This document shows, piece by piece, positions 59,818 to 64,000 of a stretch of DNA of 64,000 bases. Every line of letters starts with the position of its first letter. Position 1 is the stretch's first letter. Under the pieces are notes generated by a model, which did no database searches, was not told where the DNA came from, and saw only the letters and a program-made list of their open reading frames with translations. A program made the position numbers and the translations under genes. Source of the DNA: Candidatus Bathyarchaeota archaeon (GTDB lineage: Archaea; Thermoproteota; Bathyarchaeia; Bathyarchaeales; Bathycorpusculaceae). The stretch lies in the NCBI GenBank assembly GCA_963739305.1, contig CAVTZU010000018.1, positions 1-64,000 of the forward strand, in the 5' to 3' direction.

Positions 59818-60093
59818 TTAAAGATGCAAGGGCCGGTCGTCTAGCTTGGTTAGGACATTGGCTTTACGAGCCAAAGGTCGCCGGTTCAAGTCCGGTCCGG
59901 CCCACCAAACACCAACACTATCAATGTTTTCGATGTTATTTGAAGAATTAAACTGTGAGAACTGCATCAACAGATGTTTTAAGTGGTTTTCGAAGGTTTT
60001 TGAAAGATTAAACCCAAGTTCACGCGACTTTTCAACCAATTCTTGATCAACGTATAAGACAAGATTGTGTTTGTTTGACATTTGCATTTGCAC
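59818..60093 (-). CDS. CcdA-like ribbon-helix-helix ORF reading antisense through tRNA-Val
   Basis: NLVLYVDQELVEKSRELGFNLSKTFENHL RHH pattern. Confidence 0.55.
   Translation of the reverse strand: MQMQMSNKHNLVLYVDQELVEKSRELGFNLSKTFENHLKHLLMQFSQFNSSNNIENIDSVGVWWAGPDLNRRPLARKANVLTKLDDRPLHL
59830..59907 (+). tRNA. tRNA-Val(TAC)
   Basis: GGGCCGG stem; TTGGC-TTTACGA-GCCAA; GGTTCAAGTCC; ACCA. Confidence 0.95.
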
Positions 60094-60162
60094 CCGGGCA
60101 GGGGCGAGGGGAAGTTCTGTTTTATAAGTTTGGTGATGTCATCGCCTCAGATCAGAGAAAAA

Positions 60163-62196
60163 TCAAGTAATATGCTCTGTGTTTGGTTCAGTCTCTTGCA
60201 TTGACTTTTTCTGAATATTGAGTTTTCTCGCAGCCAGATAGATTGTCACTACGACCAAAATCACTGCTATTGCCGTAACAACATAGAGTACATTGAGTAT
60301 GTTGTTCAGCTGATTGTTCATTGCGTTGTTTTGCTCCCGAAGGCCTTCAATATATGCGTGCAGTGTCGAGTTTGCCGTACTCAATTGTGACTGAAGATTG
60401 CTTATTGCATTGTTAAGAATCGCAGTCGTACTGTCAAGAGATCCTTCTAGGCTCTGAACAGTTGAATTGAGAGAGGCGATCTTCTCCTGCAAACTATGGA
60501 CTGTTGTTTCCAACGAGTCATACTTTCCTTGAAGTCCAGTAACGTTACCTCCCAAATCTCTAACTGTGGTGCTGAGTAAATCGAGTTGTGAGTTGATTTC
60601 ATGTAGGTTGAGTAAGAGGCCTCTGTAGGCTAGTCTTAAATTCTCTGTTTCAACTTCAAAGGGCTGCATCAAAGGATAGTGATCGGTGTTGTTTTGATCA
60701 ATCTCGTAAGGCAAGTCTCCAATCCAGTCGAAACCTGTCTCATTCTGACAAAGTCCGCTGTGTGAATCCGCTCCAGCATAATCACTCCAATAATTGCCGC
60801 CTGAAGGATAGCCATCATCCCAAGTGTTTGCCAGCAATAAGTAGTCTGCCCCAACTTGAATGACGTTGTCTACGAAGTTGTTGTGGAAAAATCGATTGTT
60901 AGATGAAAGAACAAGGAAAATGCCATAGTGGTTTTTGTGTATGTTGTTCTCCGTGAGAAAGATGTCTGAGCAATACTCTAGTGAGACGCCAAAATAACTG
61001 CGTGTAATGTTGTTCCCTTCAATATTGACATTCAACGAGTGTTCCAGAACTATACCACTGTATTCGCTGTCCGCCACTTCATTTCCAACAATATTAGTGA
61101 GGTTGGATAATGCTTGTGAGATGCCGTCTTCGTTGTTGAGAATGTCGTTATCAATTATGCTATTTTCGGTGGAAGACCACAATAATACGCCGTAGTAGTT
61201 GTTCTTCGCGAGATTTCTGGATATTGTGCTTTTATCCGTGTAAGCTAGCGACACTCCGGAATAGTTGTTCTCCAAAGTGAGGTTCTCAACGATTATGTTT
61301 GAGCAGTTGACAAGGATAACGCATCCTGCGTCATAGGGAACCCGCCTATCATGTTCATTAACCCAGTAGTAGATTGGCTTGCCGTTGACAGTGTTCGAGT
61401 TATCCACGTCGTTTGTGAACTCTGTGACGTTGAGACCTGTGACTCTAAGGCTATACTTGCAATCGATGAAGCGGTTGTCTCTCAAGACGCTGAAGCAAGA
61501 TTGAACCAGACTCATGCTTTGTCCTCCAGCCAGGATATTTCCAATCATGCTGTTGTTGCGAGAATCATACAGTTCAACGCATGACCCGATTCCTACCGTA
61601 ACGTTGTTTTCGAAAACACGATTGTTTGAGGACTCAACGAGGTAAATGCCCGTTCCAACGTCTGCGACTATTTCGTTCCCAAAGACCAAGTTATCTGCCG
61701 ACGACGACAAATAGATGCAAGGTTGCGAGATGTCAAGCCCTCTCAACCTAAGTCGGTTTCCTGTGATGTTGTTGTCGTTTGAGGAATCAATTTCGATGCC
61801 AACTCCCCAGGAGTAAATGGTTATGTTGGCACCAAATATCGTAGATCGATTTGAATGTCGCAATAGTATGGCGCAACGGGAGCTAATCCTAATGTTCCTT
61901 GTTGTGACGTTGCTTCTGTCCGTCAAGTCTATACCCAAGCCATAACAATCAACAGCATGGTTTGCTCCATCAAGTACTATGTTGTCTCTCTCAACGACGA
62001 TCGGATCGATGATGTCAGCAGTAAGAACATATGTACTGTTGTCGGCAGTAGAAATCGGCGCGGTTACAGGATCTATAATGCCATCCGCTCTAATGTAAAT
62101 TGCAGGGTCCGATTTCCTAGGCTGAACGACGTGTATGCTTGCCACCCACGAAAGCAAAAGCAAAACAATGATCGCAGCAACAGATCTATTAAACAA
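60163..62196 (-). CDS. NosD/right-handed beta-helix surface protein with coiled coil and C-terminal TM anchor
   Basis: IYIRADG, SSNN/GI.L repeats, WDDGYPSGGNYWSDY, DHYPLM. Confidence 0.9.
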   Translation of the reverse strand: MFNRSVAAIIVLLLLSWVASIHVVQPRKSDPAIYIRADGIIDPVTAPISTADNSTYVLTADIIDPIVVERDNIVLDGANHAVDCYGLGIDLTDRSNVTTRNIRISSRCAILLRHSNRSTIFGANITIYSWGVGIEIDSSNDNNITGNRLRLRGLDISQPCIYLSSSADNLVFGNEIVADVGTGIYLVESSNNRVFENNVTVGIGSCVELYDSRNNSMIGNILAGGQSMSLVQSCFSVLRDNRFIDCKYSLRVTGLNVTEFTNDVDNSNTVNGKPIYYWVNEHDRRVPYDAGCVILVNCSNIIVENLTLENNYSGVSLAYTDKSTISRNLAKNNYYGVLLWSSTENSIIDNDILNNEDGISQALSNLTNIVGNEVADSEYSGIVLEHSLNVNIEGNNITRSYFGVSLEYCSDIFLTENNIHKNHYGIFLVLSSNNRFFHNNFVDNVIQVGADYLLLANTWDDGYPSGGNYWSDYAGADSHSGLCQNETGFDWIGDLPYEIDQNNTDHYPLMQPFEVETENLRLAYRGLLLNLHEINSQLDLLSTTVRDLGGNVTGLQGKYDSLETTVHSLQEKIASLNSTVQSLEGSLDSTTAILNNAISNLQSQLSTANSTLHAYIEGLREQNNAMNNQLNNILNVLYVVTAIAVILVVVTIYLAARKLNIQKKSMQETEPNTEHIT

Positions 62197-62440
62197 GTTG
62201 AATCAACCATTCCTCTAAGTCAGTTCTGAGGATGCATCCAAACTATTAAAATCGTCTTTGCCATTTAATTCTACGTATCAGAACAGGTCGTTCCAAATTC
62301 CGAACAGCTGACCTCCCCGATTCAAGTAACGTGCACTGCGAGTGCACACTACGACTAACCTCTTTCAAAACCTCTTAGTCTTTATGTGCAAAAACCTTAT
62401 TCATTGTTCTATCTATTCTTGAGTGGTGATTGCATTGGGT

Positions 62441-62527
62441 ATGGGAAGCGCCAAGAATAAACCGATGACTAAGAAAGAACGAGAAGAGAAAAGGAAAAAA
62501 CACAAGGAAAAGCGGTTAAAGAAGTAG
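62441..62527 (+). CDS. 28-aa Lys-rich small protein
   Basis: MGSAKNKPMTKKEREEKRKKHKEKRLKK*; GTGGTGA RBS upstream. Confidence 0.5.
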   Translation: MGSAKNKPMTKKEREEKRKKHKEKRLKK

Positions 62528-62708
62528 TCTCGGTCATCGCGCGTTTATTCTTAACGTGCTCTATCGAGTACACGACGACTAATCTCTTTACGATATCATT
62601 GTTCAACCACTACTCATTGATCGATCGATTCATCAGTTTCTACCACGGCAAAGCACGCGCAATTTTAATAGACGTAAGAGCATAGTCTAATCTTAAGGAG
62701 GATGAATT

Positions 62709-62840
62709 GTGCCCAAAGGTAAGAAAGAGAAAGCTATGGATCATAAACACCACATGAAATTGCAGAGAGAAAAGGAACTGAAAAGGAAAGAGAAACGGAA
62801 CGTTGGACTCCCTGCAGAATATGATAAAGGTAAGAAATAA
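62709..62840 (+). CDS. 43-aa Lys-rich small protein
   Basis: (GTG)PKGKKEKAMDHKHHMKLQREKELKRKEKRNVGLPAEYDKGKK*; AAGGAGGA RBS. Confidence 0.6.
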   Translation: MPKGKKEKAMDHKHHMKLQREKELKRKEKRNVGLPAEYDKGKK

Positions 62841-63031
62841 CGCGCGAGAATAGCGCAATAGTCTATCTCTCTTCAGTCTCTTAGTTCTCTCAAGCCTCTT
62901 CATGAGGTAGCCACCGGACAACACTTACCCTTGATTATGTCTGATATTCTACAATGCAGTCTCAACGTTGTTCAAAAAGTCAGGTAGCTTTCCAAATTCT
63001 AATTTTCTAAGCGGGCGCGCGCGTAACTACG

Positions 63032-63979
63032 CTATTCTCGTTTCTCTAGGTAAACCGCTGACTCGCTGACCCTTTCCAGTATTGGTTCAAGAGCGTCTTC
63101 GCCTGTGCCTCTCAAACCGCAATCTGGATGTAGAAACGCAATTTTCTCTCCCCCGATTTTGTCCCGAATCACCTCAAGTCTATTCAACACTGACTCGGCT
63201 GTCTCCACTTCTCCCTTTGTCCTTGCTTGAACCGAAACACAGCCCACTCCCAACTTCTTCCAGTGGCCTTGCAGACTCAGTTTGGAGATTGCATCCACGT
63301 TACCTTTCACGCTCGGAGAGCTGAAAGCCAAACTTAGAACCGGTGCTTCCAGACTCGTCAGATCCTCAAACAATGATCTTGTGAGCGAACCGCACACGTG
63401 AACTATCAGCTTCTCCGCGTCATAGATAGAATCAGGAACGTCTGAAAGTGCCGTATTGACGATTTTGACGGCTTCCGAAGCTTCCATAACTCTGATTGCC
63501 AGGCTTGGTTCGTCAACCTGTACGTAGCAGTCAGCTTTCGCAACTGCTTCTACAAGCGGTTTGAGTGCCAAAGCAAAATCTGAATAAAGCCTCATGTCCC
63601 TTATCCCGCTGTAGTGTTCCACGCCGTTGCAGGCACACGCAAAACCCAGAGTAATCGGACCTGTAATCGAAACCTTAACCTTCACGTCCTCTCTGCGCCT
63701 GCTCTTCAAGTAATCCCTTACAAATCGAAGGTCCAAAAGCTTGGCAAAGCTGCTAGGCTCTTCGTACGGCATAATCTTAGACTTGACGCACGGTCCAGTT
63801 GCCTTGGTTCCGAGTCCCGGAAGCGACTTGAAGTACCCGATCATGTCCGCTCTCTGTTCGCCATCCGAGACGACATCAAGGCCATGTGCGAGTTGAAGAT
63901 CCACCGCCCACTGAATAGCCTCTTCAACCGGAAGCTTCTTCGGCGGAAAACTGCCGATCACCGTCTTAAGAGCTCTCAC
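63032..63979 (-). CDS. cobalamin-independent methionine synthase-like (single-barrel MetE)
   Basis: IGSFP, SDGEQR, ITGPITL, QVDEP, HVCG, HPDCGL Zn ligands. Confidence 0.88.
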   Translation of the reverse strand: MRALKTVIGSFPPKKLPVEEAIQWAVDLQLAHGLDVVSDGEQRADMIGYFKSLPGLGTKATGPCVKSKIMPYEEPSSFAKLLDLRFVRDYLKSRRREDVKVKVSITGPITLGFACACNGVEHYSGIRDMRLYSDFALALKPLVEAVAKADCYVQVDEPSLAIRVMEASEAVKIVNTALSDVPDSIYDAEKLIVHVCGSLTRSLFEDLTSLEAPVLSLAFSSPSVKGNVDAISKLSLQGHWKKLGVGCVSVQARTKGEVETAESVLNRLEVIRDKIGGEKIAFLHPDCGLRGTGEDALEPILERVSESAVYLEKRE

Positions 63980-64000
63980 AAGCTGCTCAGAGCTTCCTAA

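Overview
Archaeal chromosomal window, most consistent with Bathyarchaeia (TACK). This is inferred from archaeal ArgS, Hel308, two deoxyhypusine synthases, a BHB-intron tRNA, cohesin/dockerin and NosD surface proteins, and solo-Cas1 remnants. It has three parts. (1) About 1-17.2 kb is an accessory island of small unrelated cargo genes: a nuclease, an ABC exporter, two paralogous GNATs, a Na+/H+ antiporter, a QueG-like Fe-S protein, a TIM barrel and dockerin proteins. The island contains three separate 3'-end remnants of a solo cas1 gene, six copies of a palindromic GGGGTAAA-AC-TTTACCCC site and many intergenic AGCGCGCGCT palindromes, with no CRISPR array. The best candidate for an undescribed system is a Cas1/casposase-linked gene-cassette array. 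(2) About 17.2-47 kb is mostly housekeeping: tRNA-Arg(GCG), a two-intron tRNA-Arg(CCG), argS, a convergent DHS pair, RimK/RLAN, a ribophorin-I-like protein, purB, hel308 and an iscS-iscU-sufS operon. (3) About 45.7-60 kb is a surface-glycan cluster with an AT-rich inserted block that includes a radical SAM gene, followed by tRNA-Val(TAC), an RHH ORF reading through the tRNA, a NosD protein, two unannotated tiny Lys-rich ORFs and a MetE-like gene. Many single-base frameshifts suggest consensus errors, so pseudogene calls are provisional. All family assignments come from motif recognition, not database searches.
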